A stretch of DNA of 64,000 nucleotides, taken from assembly GCA_963702435.1 (NCBI GenBank), contig CAVPCR010000001.1, positions 1,472,001 through 1,536,000 of the forward strand. Direction: 5' to 3'. The notes beneath the pieces were generated by a model. The model ran no database searches. It saw only the letters and a list, made by a program, of their open reading frames with translations, and was not told the origin of the DNA. Both the position numbers and the translations under genes were made by a program. Origin of the DNA: Candidatus Eiseniibacteriota bacterium. Its GTDB lineage: Bacteria > Eisenbacteria > RBG-16-71-46 > CAVPCR01. Numbering within the stretch: the stretch's first letter is position 1; the number at the start of each line of letters is the position of its first letter. Shown here one piece after another: positions 38,106 to 47,894 of the stretch.

Positions 38106-38618
38106 ATGAACACTCGAGTGTCGGCGGGGCGATGGCTACTCGCCCTGACGCTCGTCCTGGTCGCGTGCGGCGGGGACGATGGCGACAACGGCGGCCCGCC
38201 GGTGGCGCCGTCCGTGACCAACGTGCTCCGCATCCAGTCCGCCGAGGGCACGGCCGGGGGCACGGCGACCGTGAGCTTCCTCCTCGAGAACACGACGGCC
38301 CTGAGCGGACTCCAGTTCGACCTGGTCTTCAACCCGAGCCGGCTCACAGTGACCGGAGCCGCGCCAGGGCCGCGGGCAAACGGCTTCGATGCGTCGTTCA
38401 ACACCGAGGCCGAGGTCGCGCGCGTCGTGCTTCTCGATCTCGACGACACCGCGCGCATCGCGGCCGGAGACGGGATCGTGGCCACGGTCACGGTCGCGAT
38501 CGCGGCGTCTGCGCCGGCCGGAACCACGGGACTCCGCGTCGAGAACGCGACCGCGGCCAATGCTGCGGCCACCACCGTACCCCTCGGGAGCTCCGAGGGA
38601 TCGCTCACCGTGCGCTGA
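38106..38618 (+). CDS. Cohesin-domain lipoprotein
   Basis: Lipobox LVAC; GGTATVSFLLEN..LSGLQFDLVFNPSRL..GDGIVATVTV..GSLTV cohesin pattern. Confidence 0.75.
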   Translation: MNTRVSAGRWLLALTLVLVACGGDDGDNGGPPVAPSVTNVLRIQSAEGTAGGTATVSFLLENTTALSGLQFDLVFNPSRLTVTGAAPGPRANGFDASFNTEAEVARVVLLDLDDTARIAAGDGIVATVTVAIAASAPAGTTGLRVENATAANAAATTVPLGSSEGSLTVR

Positions 38619-38628
38619 GGGTAGCGTC

Positions 38629-39945
38629 ATGATCGGCGCGATTCGGGTGCTCCTGGCCTCGGCGTTTCTCGTCGCCTGGTCGGCGCCCGCCGCCACCGCT
38701 GCCACAGCCGTCGTCGCCGCCGCCGCCCCGCCGGTCGAGCTCGCGGAGACGCGCCCGGTCGAGACCACACTTGGCAATCCGGCCCTGCCGGCGGCGCAGG
38801 CGGTCTGGCTCGACATGATCGCCGATGCCGAGAAGACACTCGACCTCGAGCACTTCTATCTCTCGCACTGGCCCGGCGAGCCGCTGGCCCCGATCCTCGA
38901 CGCGCTTGGCGCCGCGGCCCGGCGCGGCGTGCGCGTGCGCCTGCTCCTCGACCGCGGCATGGCGGCCACCTATCCGTCGCCGGCCGATTCGCTCGGTCGC
39001 GTGCCGGGGATCGAGCTCCGGCTCGTCGACTTCCGAGCGCTCGCCGGCGGCGCGCAGCACGCGAAGGTCATCATCGCCGACCGCACCGTCGCGGATCGCG
39101 CCGCGGTCTTCGTCGGCAGCCCGAACCTCGACTGGCGCGCGCTCAAGCACATCCACGAGCTGGGCGTACGGGTCCGCGACCCGCACCTCGCCGCGGCGTT
39201 CGGCGGCGTGTTCGACATGGACTGGGCCGCGGCCGACACGCTCGCGGCGCCGGAGGCGCGGGCGGCGGCGATCGACTTGGCGAAGGCGAGCGCACGCGCC
39301 GCCGCGGCGCGCGCGCCCTACTCCGTGCTGCAGGCGCCGGGCGACACCGTGCGCATCGTCCCCGGGTGGAGCCCGCTCGCCGCCATCCCCGACACGACGC
39401 ACTGGGACCGCACCCGGATCGCGGATCTCATCGCCGGCGCGCGCCGGGAGATCGCGATCCAGCTCCTCAACTACGGCATCGAGGGCCGCGGCGGGCGCGA
39501 CTCGACGATCGACGATGCGCTCCGGGGCGCGGCCGCGCGCGGCGTGCGCGTGCGCCTCCTCGTCTCCGACTGGCAGGCGGGCGGCAGGGGCATGGCGGCC
39601 ACGCAGTCCCTCGCCCGGGTGCCGAACATCGCCGTCAGGATGATGACCATCCCCGAATGGAGCGGCGGGTACATCCCGTACGCCCGGGTCCAGCACACGA
39701 AGTTCATGGCGGTGGACGGCGAGGCGGTGTGGATCGGCACCGCGAACTGGGATCCGAGCTACTGGTCGGCCTCGCGCAACCTGTCGGTGACGCTCTGGAA
39801 CAAGCCGCTGGTCGCCGCCGTCATAACCTCGTTCGAGCGCTCGTGGGGCGACCCGGGGGCGGCGCCGATCGACCCCGCGCGCACCTACGAGGCGAAGATC
39901 CGCGGCGCGACCCCGCCTCCCGGCAAGACGGCGTACGGGAGGTAG
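38629..39945 (+). CDS. Phospholipase D-family protein
   Basis: Two HxKxxxxD motifs: HAKVIIAD..GSPN and HTKFMAVD..GTAN. Confidence 0.9.
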   Translation: MIGAIRVLLASAFLVAWSAPAATAATAVVAAAAPPVELAETRPVETTLGNPALPAAQAVWLDMIADAEKTLDLEHFYLSHWPGEPLAPILDALGAAARRGVRVRLLLDRGMAATYPSPADSLGRVPGIELRLVDFRALAGGAQHAKVIIADRTVADRAAVFVGSPNLDWRALKHIHELGVRVRDPHLAAAFGGVFDMDWAAADTLAAPEARAAAIDLAKASARAAAARAPYSVLQAPGDTVRIVPGWSPLAAIPDTTHWDRTRIADLIAGARREIAIQLLNYGIEGRGGRDSTIDDALRGAAARGVRVRLLVSDWQAGGRGMAATQSLARVPNIAVRMMTIPEWSGGYIPYARVQHTKFMAVDGEAVWIGTANWDPSYWSASRNLSVTLWNKPLVAAVITSFERSWGDPGAAPIDPARTYEAKIRGATPPPGKTAYGR

Positions 39946-40180
39946 CCGCCCGCGGTCGCAACCGAGCGCCGGGCGAGAGCTTCCGGCGCGCCGCGCACCC
40001 GCGGCCGTCCACCGCCCGCCCGCCGTGCTGGCCGCTTCTCCCCGGGCGGGATATGCTGTAGAGTGCCGGGCGTTCCGGTGTCTCCCACGCCACATCGCCG
40101 GGACGCCCCACGAGTCGGAAGGATCCGGCTCTCCCGATCTCCCGATCCCCCGAACCGCCGTGCGGCGGAATGAGGAATTC

Positions 40181-43100
40181 ATGCATCGCTCGACGCTGCC
40201 GCGCGCCTTGCGCCTGGCCGGAGGCCCCGCCCTCGCTCTCGCCGCCTTCCTGCTCCACGCGCTCGCCGGCGGCGACGCGCTCCAGGTCGCCGCGTCCACC
40301 CGCGCGCTCGCGACGGCACCGCTTCCGGCCTCCACACCACCGCCGCCCGCGCGCGGCGCAACGGGCATGCTGGGCGCGACCGGCGACTGGATCGCTGTCG
40401 CCGGACGCGGCCGCACCTCACCCGAACCCGCCGCCGCGCCGACCCGCATTGCGCTCGCGAACGGCATCTCTTTCGACACGCGCGACGGCGAGCCGCCGCT
40501 CCCGGCGGATCTCCGCTCGCCGGGCGCACCCGGCGCCGGCGGGTACTACCTGGTGCAGTTCACCGGCCCGATCGAGGAGCGCTGGAAGGAGGACCTCGCC
40601 GCACTCGGCGGGCGCATTCACGCCTATCTCCCGAGCTACGCCTTCCTCGTGTATCTCCCGGCGGACGCCGCCGCGCGCGCTGAGCGGCTCCCGGCGGTCG
40701 GCTGGATCGGCGCCTATCATCCGGCGTACAAGCTCTCCGCTGCGCCCGAGATGGCCCCGGGCCGCAGCGGCGACATCTACACGCTCCTCGTCTTCGCCGG
40801 CGACGACCCCGACCCGGTCGCCTCTCGCATCGCCGCGCTCGGCGGCACCGTGCTCGAGCGCTCGCGCGGCCGGAACCAGCTCATCCGCTTCGCGGCCGCG
40901 AGCGACATCCTGCCGGCGCTCGCCCAGGAGACGGCGGTCGCCTGGATCGAGCCCTGGCACGCGCCGCGCCTCGACAATGCGAGCGCGCAGTGGGTGGTGC
41001 AGACCTGGATCAACGGGAACCGCCGCATCTGGGACCAAGGCATTCGCGGCGAGGGCCAGATCCTGTCCACGACCGACTCCGGGATCCGCACCTCGCACAA
41101 CATGTTCCGCGACGGGGCGGTGCCCATCACGACCTACGGGCAGTACCCGACCCATCGCAAGCTCCTCGCTTACGTGAAGGCGAGCGAGGACACGCGCATC
41201 ACCTTCGGCGACGCATCGGGACACGGCACGCACACGGCCGGCACCGTGTGCGGCGACGACTCGCCGATCGCGAGCGATCCCCGCGACGGCATGGCGCTCA
41301 AATCGCAGCTCTACTTCTGCGACGGCGGCGGGACCGACCCCACCGCCATCTACGTCCCGGTGGATCTGAACGACCTCCTCATCCTGCCCTACACCGGCAA
41401 CGCAGCCGGCGGCGCCCGCATCATGTCGAACTCGTGGAGCTCGGCGGTCGCCGGCGACTACGACTTCCAGGCGATGACCGTCGACCAGTTCATGTGGGAG
41501 CACAAGGACTTCCTCCCCTTCTTCGCCAACGGCAACCTGGGCGGAACAGGAGAAGTGGGGAGCCCGGCGACGGCCAAGAACTGCGTCTCGGCCGGCGGCA
41601 CCGGGAACGGCTCGAACGCCAACGTCCTCTATGGATCGACCTCCGGCGGTCCTGCCGACGACGGCCGGCGGAAGCCGACGATCTGCGCCCCCGCCGATAA
41701 CGTGACGAGCGCGTACAGCTCCGGCGACGCTTCGTACGTCTCGTTCTCCGGCACGAGCATGGCCACACCGGCCATGGCCGGCGCCACCGCGCTCATGCGC
41801 CAGTACGTGACCGAAGGCTGGTACCCGACCGGAACCAAGGTGCCCGCCAACGGCTTCACGCCGTCGGCGGCGCTGCTCAAGGCGATGGCGGTCAACTCGG
41901 GTGACAACTCGGTCTCGGGCCACACCATTCCGTCGAACTCGATCGGCTGGGGGCGGGTCCTCACCGACAACGTGCTCTACTTCGCCGGCGACCAGCGCCA
42001 GACGGCGCTCGTCGACTACACGGCCGGGCTCCTGACCGGCGAGTACATCGAGTTCGCGATCGAGGTGGCCAGCGGCGCCGTCCCGTTCGAGGCCACGCTC
42101 GTCTGGACCGACTATCCCTCGACGCCGGCGGCCGCGCAGAACCTGGTCAACGATCTCCATGTCACCGCCACCGAGCCGGGGGGCGCCGTCTATCGCGGAA
42201 ACGTCTACTCGGGCGGCCAGTCGGCGACCGGCGGCACCGCCGACACGATCAACGTCGAGGAGTGCGTGCAGCGGAACGCCCCGGCGGCCGGGACCTGGAT
42301 CCTCCGTGTCGATGCCGCCAATATTGCCTTCGGACCGCAACCTTTTGCGCTGGTGGTGACGGGCGGGTTCGCCAGCGGCTTCGCCGTGCTCGAGCTCGAT
42401 CGGCCGACCTACGGCGCGACCGACGTGATCAACATCCAGGTCGCGGATGCCAACGCCGCCCTACCGCTCACGGTGAGCGTCACCTCGACCACCGAGACTT
42501 CACCCGAGACGGTGAGTCTCGCCGGCGGGAGCGGGCTCTTCACCGGCGCGCTCCCCATCTCGCTCGTCGCCCCGCTCGCCGACGGACTCCTTCAGGTGTC
42601 CGACGGCGACACGATCACGGTGACCTATCTCGACGCGGCGCCGATCGTGGCGCGGGCCGCCGTCAACCTGAGCGGACCGGTCATCACCGCGGTCCACGCC
42701 GGGAACCAGAGCCAGGAGGGAGCGACCATCACCTGGCTCACGTCCGCCCCGGCCAGCTCCCAGGTCTTCTATGGCACGACCCCGGCGCTCGGTTCCGAGA
42801 CGCCACTCGATCCGACCCTCGTCACCTCGCATGCGGCGAGCATCACCGGGCTCCTGCCGAGCCAGACCTACTTCTTCGACGTCGAGTCGGTGGACAGCCA
42901 GGGCAACGCCGTGCGCGACAACCTGGGCGGCCCCCACTACACATTCACGACCGACACGCGGCGGGACGTGCTGGTCGTCATCAGCGACGACTCCTTCGAC
43001 AAGAAGGGCTACTACGAGAGCGCACTCGGCGCGCGCGGCTGGTCCTACTCGACCTGGGAGGGCGTGCTCGCGAATCCGCCGCGCCTCGGCAATCTCGAGC

Positions 43101-44653
43101 AGGGCCTCCGCTCGTTCAAGGCGGTCGTGTGGCAAGCCGGGCTCGAGCAGTACCCGGTGATCACCGATGCGGCGCGGGACACGCTCGCCGCGTTCAACGC
43201 GGGCGGCGCGCGCTGGACCATCTTCTCGCACGACGTGGCCTGGGACTTCTCGGACCCGTCCTCCCCCGACTACTCGGCTGCCCGGCGGAGCTGGTTCGAG
43301 AACGAGCTCAAGGCGATCTGGCAGGCGGACCCGGCCTCCTGGAGCCTGGTCCGCGGGATCGCCGGCGATCCGGTGAGCGGCGCCTACACCGGCGGGGTTC
43401 CCTACGCGCCGCACCGCTCCGGGGCCGCGGGCGACGAGGTCAATCCCAACTCCGCGGGCGGAACCGCGATCGCCTCCTGGCAGAACAACGACTCATCGCC
43501 CGACGACATCGCGATCCGCTTCACCGGCTCCGGGCCGGCCGGCCAGCCGGCGACCGCGGTGTGGGGCGGGCAGCCGACCAGGATCGCCGCCAATTTCTTC
43601 GAGTGGGCGCAGATCAACGCCACCGTTCCCGACGATGTGACGCGCACCGACATCCTCGACAGGACGCTCATCTGGCTCATCGGGCACGATCATCCCGATG
43701 TCGCGGTCTCCGCGCCGAACGGCGGCGAGACCTTCTCGAGCGGGCCCATCCCGATCACCTGGACCGAAGCGGCGGCCGGCGGGCAGTCGATCGCGTCGCG
43801 GGCGATCTACGTGAGCTCGAACGGCGGCCAGTCCTGGGGCCTCGTCACCGGCGCGCCCGGACCCTCGCCCTACAGCTGGAATCCGGCGGGCTACCCCAAC
43901 AGCAATCGGTACCGCATCCGCGTCCAGGTGACCGACGACGGGTCGCCCGTCCTCGGCGGCCGGGACGACTCGAACGCGGACTTCGCGATCGCCTTGCCGG
44001 GCGGGGATCTCCTCGGGCCGATCGTGGTCGCTGGATCGATCGCGGTCCTGCCGCTGCCGGTGCGCGGCGCCGAGCCCGCGCTGCTCTCCGCCACCGTGAG
44101 CGAGGCGCTCACCGGCGGCTCGACGGTGGCCGCGGCCGAATGGTCCTTCGGAACCTCGCCGGCGCCCGCGGGAACCGGGACGCCGATGACCGGCTCCTTC
44201 GGCGCGGTGATCGTGAACGTCCAGGCGACCATCCCCCCCGGAACCCTCACCGCCGGCACCGTGCGGCTCTGGGTGCGGGGCCGCGACACCAAGGGGGCCT
44301 GGGGCCCCGCGTCGAGCTTGCTCGTGCCCGTGAACGGCGGGGCGACGGCCGTGGATGGAAACGCAGCGCCGGTCCTTCGCTTCGGCCTCGAGCAGAACAC
44401 GCCGAATCCCTTCAACCCGGCCACCACGATCCGCTTCTCGCTCGCCGCGGAGTCCGCGGTGCGACTCGACGTCTTCGACGTCACCGGGCGACTCGTGCGG
44501 ACGCTGGCCGATGGCCGCCTGGCGGCGGGCGCGCACGCGGTCGCGTGGGACGGCCGCGACCGGCGCGGCGGGCGCGTGGCGAGCGGTATCTACCTCTACC
44601 GGCTGATCACGCCGGCGGAGCGGGCCGAGCGGAAGATGGTGCTCCTCCAGTAG
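40181..44653 (+). CDS. Large secreted S8 subtilase (KP-43-like) with FN3-like and FlgD-Ig domains
   Basis: TDSG, GHGTHTAGT, SPATAKN, GTSMATP, PSAALLKA, LVWTD..LVNDL; C-terminal QNTPNPFNP..WDGRD. Confidence 0.92.
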   Translation: MHRSTLPRALRLAGGPALALAAFLLHALAGGDALQVAASTRALATAPLPASTPPPPARGATGMLGATGDWIAVAGRGRTSPEPAAAPTRIALANGISFDTRDGEPPLPADLRSPGAPGAGGYYLVQFTGPIEERWKEDLAALGGRIHAYLPSYAFLVYLPADAAARAERLPAVGWIGAYHPAYKLSAAPEMAPGRSGDIYTLLVFAGDDPDPVASRIAALGGTVLERSRGRNQLIRFAAASDILPALAQETAVAWIEPWHAPRLDNASAQWVVQTWINGNRRIWDQGIRGEGQILSTTDSGIRTSHNMFRDGAVPITTYGQYPTHRKLLAYVKASEDTRITFGDASGHGTHTAGTVCGDDSPIASDPRDGMALKSQLYFCDGGGTDPTAIYVPVDLNDLLILPYTGNAAGGARIMSNSWSSAVAGDYDFQAMTVDQFMWEHKDFLPFFANGNLGGTGEVGSPATAKNCVSAGGTGNGSNANVLYGSTSGGPADDGRRKPTICAPADNVTSAYSSGDASYVSFSGTSMATPAMAGATALMRQYVTEGWYPTGTKVPANGFTPSAALLKAMAVNSGDNSVSGHTIPSNSIGWGRVLTDNVLYFAGDQRQTALVDYTAGLLTGEYIEFAIEVASGAVPFEATLVWTDYPSTPAAAQNLVNDLHVTATEPGGAVYRGNVYSGGQSATGGTADTINVEECVQRNAPAAGTWILRVDAANIAFGPQPFALVVTGGFASGFAVLELDRPTYGATDVINIQVADANAALPLTVSVTSTTETSPETVSLAGGSGLFTGALPISLVAPLADGLLQVSDGDTITVTYLDAAPIVARAAVNLSGPVITAVHAGNQSQEGATITWLTSAPASSQVFYGTTPALGSETPLDPTLVTSHAASITGLLPSQTYFFDVESVDSQGNAVRDNLGGPHYTFTTDTRRDVLVVISDDSFDKKGYYESALGARGWSYSTWEGVLANPPRLGNLEQGLRSFKAVVWQAGLEQYPVITDAARDTLAAFNAGGARWTIFSHDVAWDFSDPSSPDYSAARRSWFENELKAIWQADPASWSLVRGIAGDPVSGAYTGGVPYAPHRSGAAGDEVNPNSAGGTAIASWQNNDSSPDDIAIRFTGSGPAGQPATAVWGGQPTRIAANFFEWAQINATVPDDVTRTDILDRTLIWLIGHDHPDVAVSAPNGGETFSSGPIPITWTEAAAGGQSIASRAIYVSSNGGQSWGLVTGAPGPSPYSWNPAGYPNSNRYRIRVQVTDDGSPVLGGRDDSNADFAIALPGGDLLGPIVVAGSIAVLPLPVRGAEPALLSATVSEALTGGSTVAAAEWSFGTSPAPAGTGTPMTGSFGAVIVNVQATIPPGTLTAGTVRLWVRGRDTKGAWGPASSLLVPVNGGATAVDGNAAPVLRFGLEQNTPNPFNPATTIRFSLAAESAVRLDVFDVTGRLVRTLADGRLAAGAHAVAWDGRDRRGGRVASGIYLYRLITPAERAERKMVLLQ

Positions 44654-45010
44654 GACCCGCGGCCGGGCGGAAGGAGCGCGCCGGGAAGGATGGCGAGGGT
44701 CCGGCGCGACGCCGGCCGGGGGCGGGATCTCCTGCAGTGGCCCGCCCGAACTCTTCGACCGGGGCGGGCCGTCGGACCCCTTAAGGGGAGTGGTGATTCC
44801 AGGCCCGGGGGAAGTGGGGACATCCCAGGGCAGGGGGATGGGAAAAGGTCAGGCCCGGCTTACCGAAGGGCCTGCGGCCAGTCGACCCTCCGAAAGCCGG
44901 GCCTTTCCCAGCGGCCAGCTGGAGCGGCCTCACCAACTCCAAGCGGCATTCTCGTTTCTTTTCCGGTGTTTTTCCATAAGCAAGTTTCTGTGCCGATATA
45001 GGGAAATTCC

Positions 45011-45685
45011 CTAGTCCGGCTCGGGGGGTCCGACGTCCCCCTCATCCGTTGCCAGGAGGACTATCCGAACAAGCTCCGGGATCGTCGTCACCTGCATCTT
45101 GCGGAGGATGTTCGCGCGGTGGACATCACAGGTCTTCTTCGCCATTCCCAGATCAGCCGCGATGGCCTTCACCGGCGCACCGCGGACCAGCTGCTCGCAA
45201 ACCTGCCGCTCGCGACGAGTCAGGCCGGCGAGGAGACGGCGCGCTTCCTCGCGCCGGGCGGCCCGGTCCCTCGCCTTGCGGTCCTTCTCCAGCGCCTTGT
45301 GAATCGTGGCGAGGAGCTCCTGGCTCGAGAACGGCTTCTCGAGGAAGTGCAGGGCGCCGGCTCTGAGGGCCCGCGTAGCGGTGCTCACTTCGCCTTGCCC
45401 GCTGATGAAGATGATCGGAAGGCGGCAGCCTTTCTCCGCCAACCGCTCCTGTAGCTCGAGCCCGCTCAGTCCCGGCATGCGCAGGTCGAGGACGAGGCAT
45501 CCCGGCCGTTCCGGCGTGCAGACTGCGAGGAACTCCAGCGCGGAGGGATAGGTCTCGACCGGCAGCCCGTCCGTCTCGATGAGGAGCTGGAGCGACTTGC
45601 GCACGCCCGCGTCGTCATCGACCACGAAGACGGTCGGGACGGTCTCATTCTCGGGCTCGGGCGCCCTGCCGGCACGGGGACTCAT
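45011..45685 (-). CDS. FixJ/LuxR-family response regulator
   Basis: VVDDD, LDLRMPG, FLEKPF, LTRRERQV..HRANILRK. Confidence 0.93.
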   Translation of the reverse strand: MSPRAGRAPEPENETVPTVFVVDDDAGVRKSLQLLIETDGLPVETYPSALEFLAVCTPERPGCLVLDLRMPGLSGLELQERLAEKGCRLPIIFISGQGEVSTATRALRAGALHFLEKPFSSQELLATIHKALEKDRKARDRAARREEARRLLAGLTRRERQVCEQLVRGAPVKAIAADLGMAKKTCDVHRANILRKMQVTTIPELVRIVLLATDEGDVGPPEPD

Positions 45686-47862
45686 GCCGCGCTCTTCCCG
45701 TGGTGGGGCGCCGAGTCGTCCACCGGGAGGGTGAAGCGGAAGGTGGCGCCGGTCATCGTCTCGCGATCCGCGGGCTCCGCATCCGCCCACAACCGCCCGC
45801 CGTGCGCCTCCACGATCGAACGGCTGATCGGCAAACCCAGTCCCATCCCCGACTCCTTCGTCGTGTAGAACGGCTCGAACAACCGCTTCCGCTCCGCCGC
45901 CGTCAACCCCCGCCCCGTGTCGCTCACCGCCACCTCCACCTCCCCGTCCTTCACCACCCGCGTCCGCACCGTGATCCGCCGCTCGCCCTCGCTCCCCTCG
46001 CCCATCGCCTCCCAGGCATTCCGCAGCAGGTTCAGTATCACCTGCTGCACCTGCACCGCGTCCGCCCGCACCGCCGGCAGCTCCGCCCCCAGGTCCAGCT
46101 CCACCTTCACCCGCCGCACCCGCACATCCGCCGCCGCCAGCTCCACCACCGCCTGCACCAGCCGGTTCACGTCCTCCGCCCGTCGCTCCGTCTCTCCCCG
46201 CCGTGCGAACGCCCGCCACTGATGGATGAACCGCCCCGCCCGCGCCGCCTCCGCCATCGCCTCCTCGAGCGCCCCACCCAGCGCCGGCGGCATCACCGTG
46301 CGCTCCGCGCTCAGCAGCCGCCGCCCTGCGTCCAGGTAGTTGAGCACCGCCGTCAGCGGCTGGTTCAGCTCGTGCGCCAGCCCCGACGCCATCTCCCCGA
46401 GCGTCGACAGCCGCGCCACGCGCGCCAGTTCATCTTGTAGTCGCTTGAGCCGCTCCTCCACCGCCTTCCGCTCGCTCACATCGCGGGTGACCGCAATGAT
46501 ACCCTCGATCGCTCCCCCCGGCTCGGCCAGCCGCTTGCAGGTCGACTCGATCCAGGCATAGCGCTCGTCCTTCCGCCGAAAGCGATAGGCCACTGTCACC
46601 GTGTCGGTGGTCGACAGCACCCGGGTCCGTACCTGCCGGATCATCTCCGCATCGTCCGGGTGCGCGAACTCGAAGACGCTCCGTCCCACCACTTCCTCGG
46701 GGGCGTAACCGGTGACCGAGCGACTGGCCGGAGACACGTAGGTGTGGACACCCTCGGGCGTGAGGCGCGTGATGACATCGGTCACATGGTCGGCGAGGAG
46801 GCGATAGAGATCGACGCTCCGCTGGAGCGACTCGTCGGCGCGCATCCGCTCCGCCACCTCGCGCTTCAGCTCCTCGTTGGCCCCGTTGAGCTCCGCCGTG
46901 CGCTCCGCCACCCGAAACTCGAGATGGTCGAGGAGACGCTCGAGCTCGCCGTGCGCTTCGTTGAGCTCCTCGTGCGCCTGCTTGAGCGACTCGTGCGACT
47001 CCCGCGCCGCCGCTTCCGCTCGGTTACGGTCCGTGACGTCGAGGGCCAGGCCGAGGACGCCGATCGTGCGGCCCGTCGCGTCGCGCAGCGGCTCCACGTG
47101 CGACTCGAAGGCCCGCCCCGCCCAGTGGCCCTCGTAGGTGACCGCCTCCCCGGCCAGCGCGCGCCGATGCGCGGCTATCGGCGGGAAGTCCGGGTCCTCC
47201 GTCGCGAAGTAGTCCTCGAGCCGCATGCCCAGGACCTCGTTCGGCGCCCGGCCGAGATCGGCCAGGCCGCGCCCGGTGCTCGACATGAAGACGAGATCCC
47301 GATCGGTGGTCCAGATCACCGCCGGCATCTGCTCGATCATGAGCCGGAGCTGCGCTCCGTGTTCGCTGTCGGTGTCGGCAGCGAGCTTCAACTCGGTCAC
47401 GTCCTCGGCGATGCCCACGTACCACTCGCCGCGCTCCGGAGCGGGCACCATCCGGCCGGACCCGCGAATCCAGCGCACCGAGCCATCGGCGCGCCGGATC
47501 CGGAAGACCTGATGGCTTGCGAGCGGCTTCCCCGCGACGCGATCCCGCATGGCGCTCTCGAGAGCCGCCCGGTCACCGGGATCGATGGGCGCGGCCCAGT
47601 CGCCGTGAGCATAGATCGTCGACGCCGGCTGTCCCCAGATGCGCTCGAAGGCGGGGCTCATGTAGATGACGCGGCTCAGATCGGGGGCGATGATCCAGAA
47701 GATGCGGTCGAGGTGCTCGACGATCGAGCCGAACACCTGCTCGCGCTCGCGGAGGCTCGCGAGCTCCGCATCGCGCTCGGCGAGCGTGCGTTCAAGAGCG
47801 GCCAGGCGGGATCTGAGCTCGGCGGCCGCCGGATCGAGCTCGGCCCGCGATTCGCGGCGCAT
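45682..47862 (-). CDS. Multi-PAS sensor histidine kinase (FixL-like), copy 1
   Basis: Three PAS domains, HELNQPL, NLLRNA, DTGRG, GMGLGL. Confidence 0.93.
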   Translation of the reverse strand: MRRESRAELDPAAAELRSRLAALERTLAERDAELASLREREQVFGSIVEHLDRIFWIIAPDLSRVIYMSPAFERIWGQPASTIYAHGDWAAPIDPGDRAALESAMRDRVAGKPLASHQVFRIRRADGSVRWIRGSGRMVPAPERGEWYVGIAEDVTELKLAADTDSEHGAQLRLMIEQMPAVIWTTDRDLVFMSSTGRGLADLGRAPNEVLGMRLEDYFATEDPDFPPIAAHRRALAGEAVTYEGHWAGRAFESHVEPLRDATGRTIGVLGLALDVTDRNRAEAAARESHESLKQAHEELNEAHGELERLLDHLEFRVAERTAELNGANEELKREVAERMRADESLQRSVDLYRLLADHVTDVITRLTPEGVHTYVSPASRSVTGYAPEEVVGRSVFEFAHPDDAEMIRQVRTRVLSTTDTVTVAYRFRRKDERYAWIESTCKRLAEPGGAIEGIIAVTRDVSERKAVEERLKRLQDELARVARLSTLGEMASGLAHELNQPLTAVLNYLDAGRRLLSAERTVMPPALGGALEEAMAEAARAGRFIHQWRAFARRGETERRAEDVNRLVQAVVELAAADVRVRRVKVELDLGAELPAVRADAVQVQQVILNLLRNAWEAMGEGSEGERRITVRTRVVKDGEVEVAVSDTGRGLTAAERKRLFEPFYTTKESGMGLGLPISRSIVEAHGGRLWADAEPADRETMTGATFRFTLPVDDSAPHHGKSAA

Positions 47863-47894
47863 CGGGATCTCCTGCGTTCAAGAATTGACGAAGT

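Noticed and set aside
44654..45010. Intergenic region with short palindromes (CCCCTTAAGGGG, GGGAAATTCCC) as an ncRNA
   Set aside because: Lies between convergent genes with no recognisable RNA family and no second copy in the window
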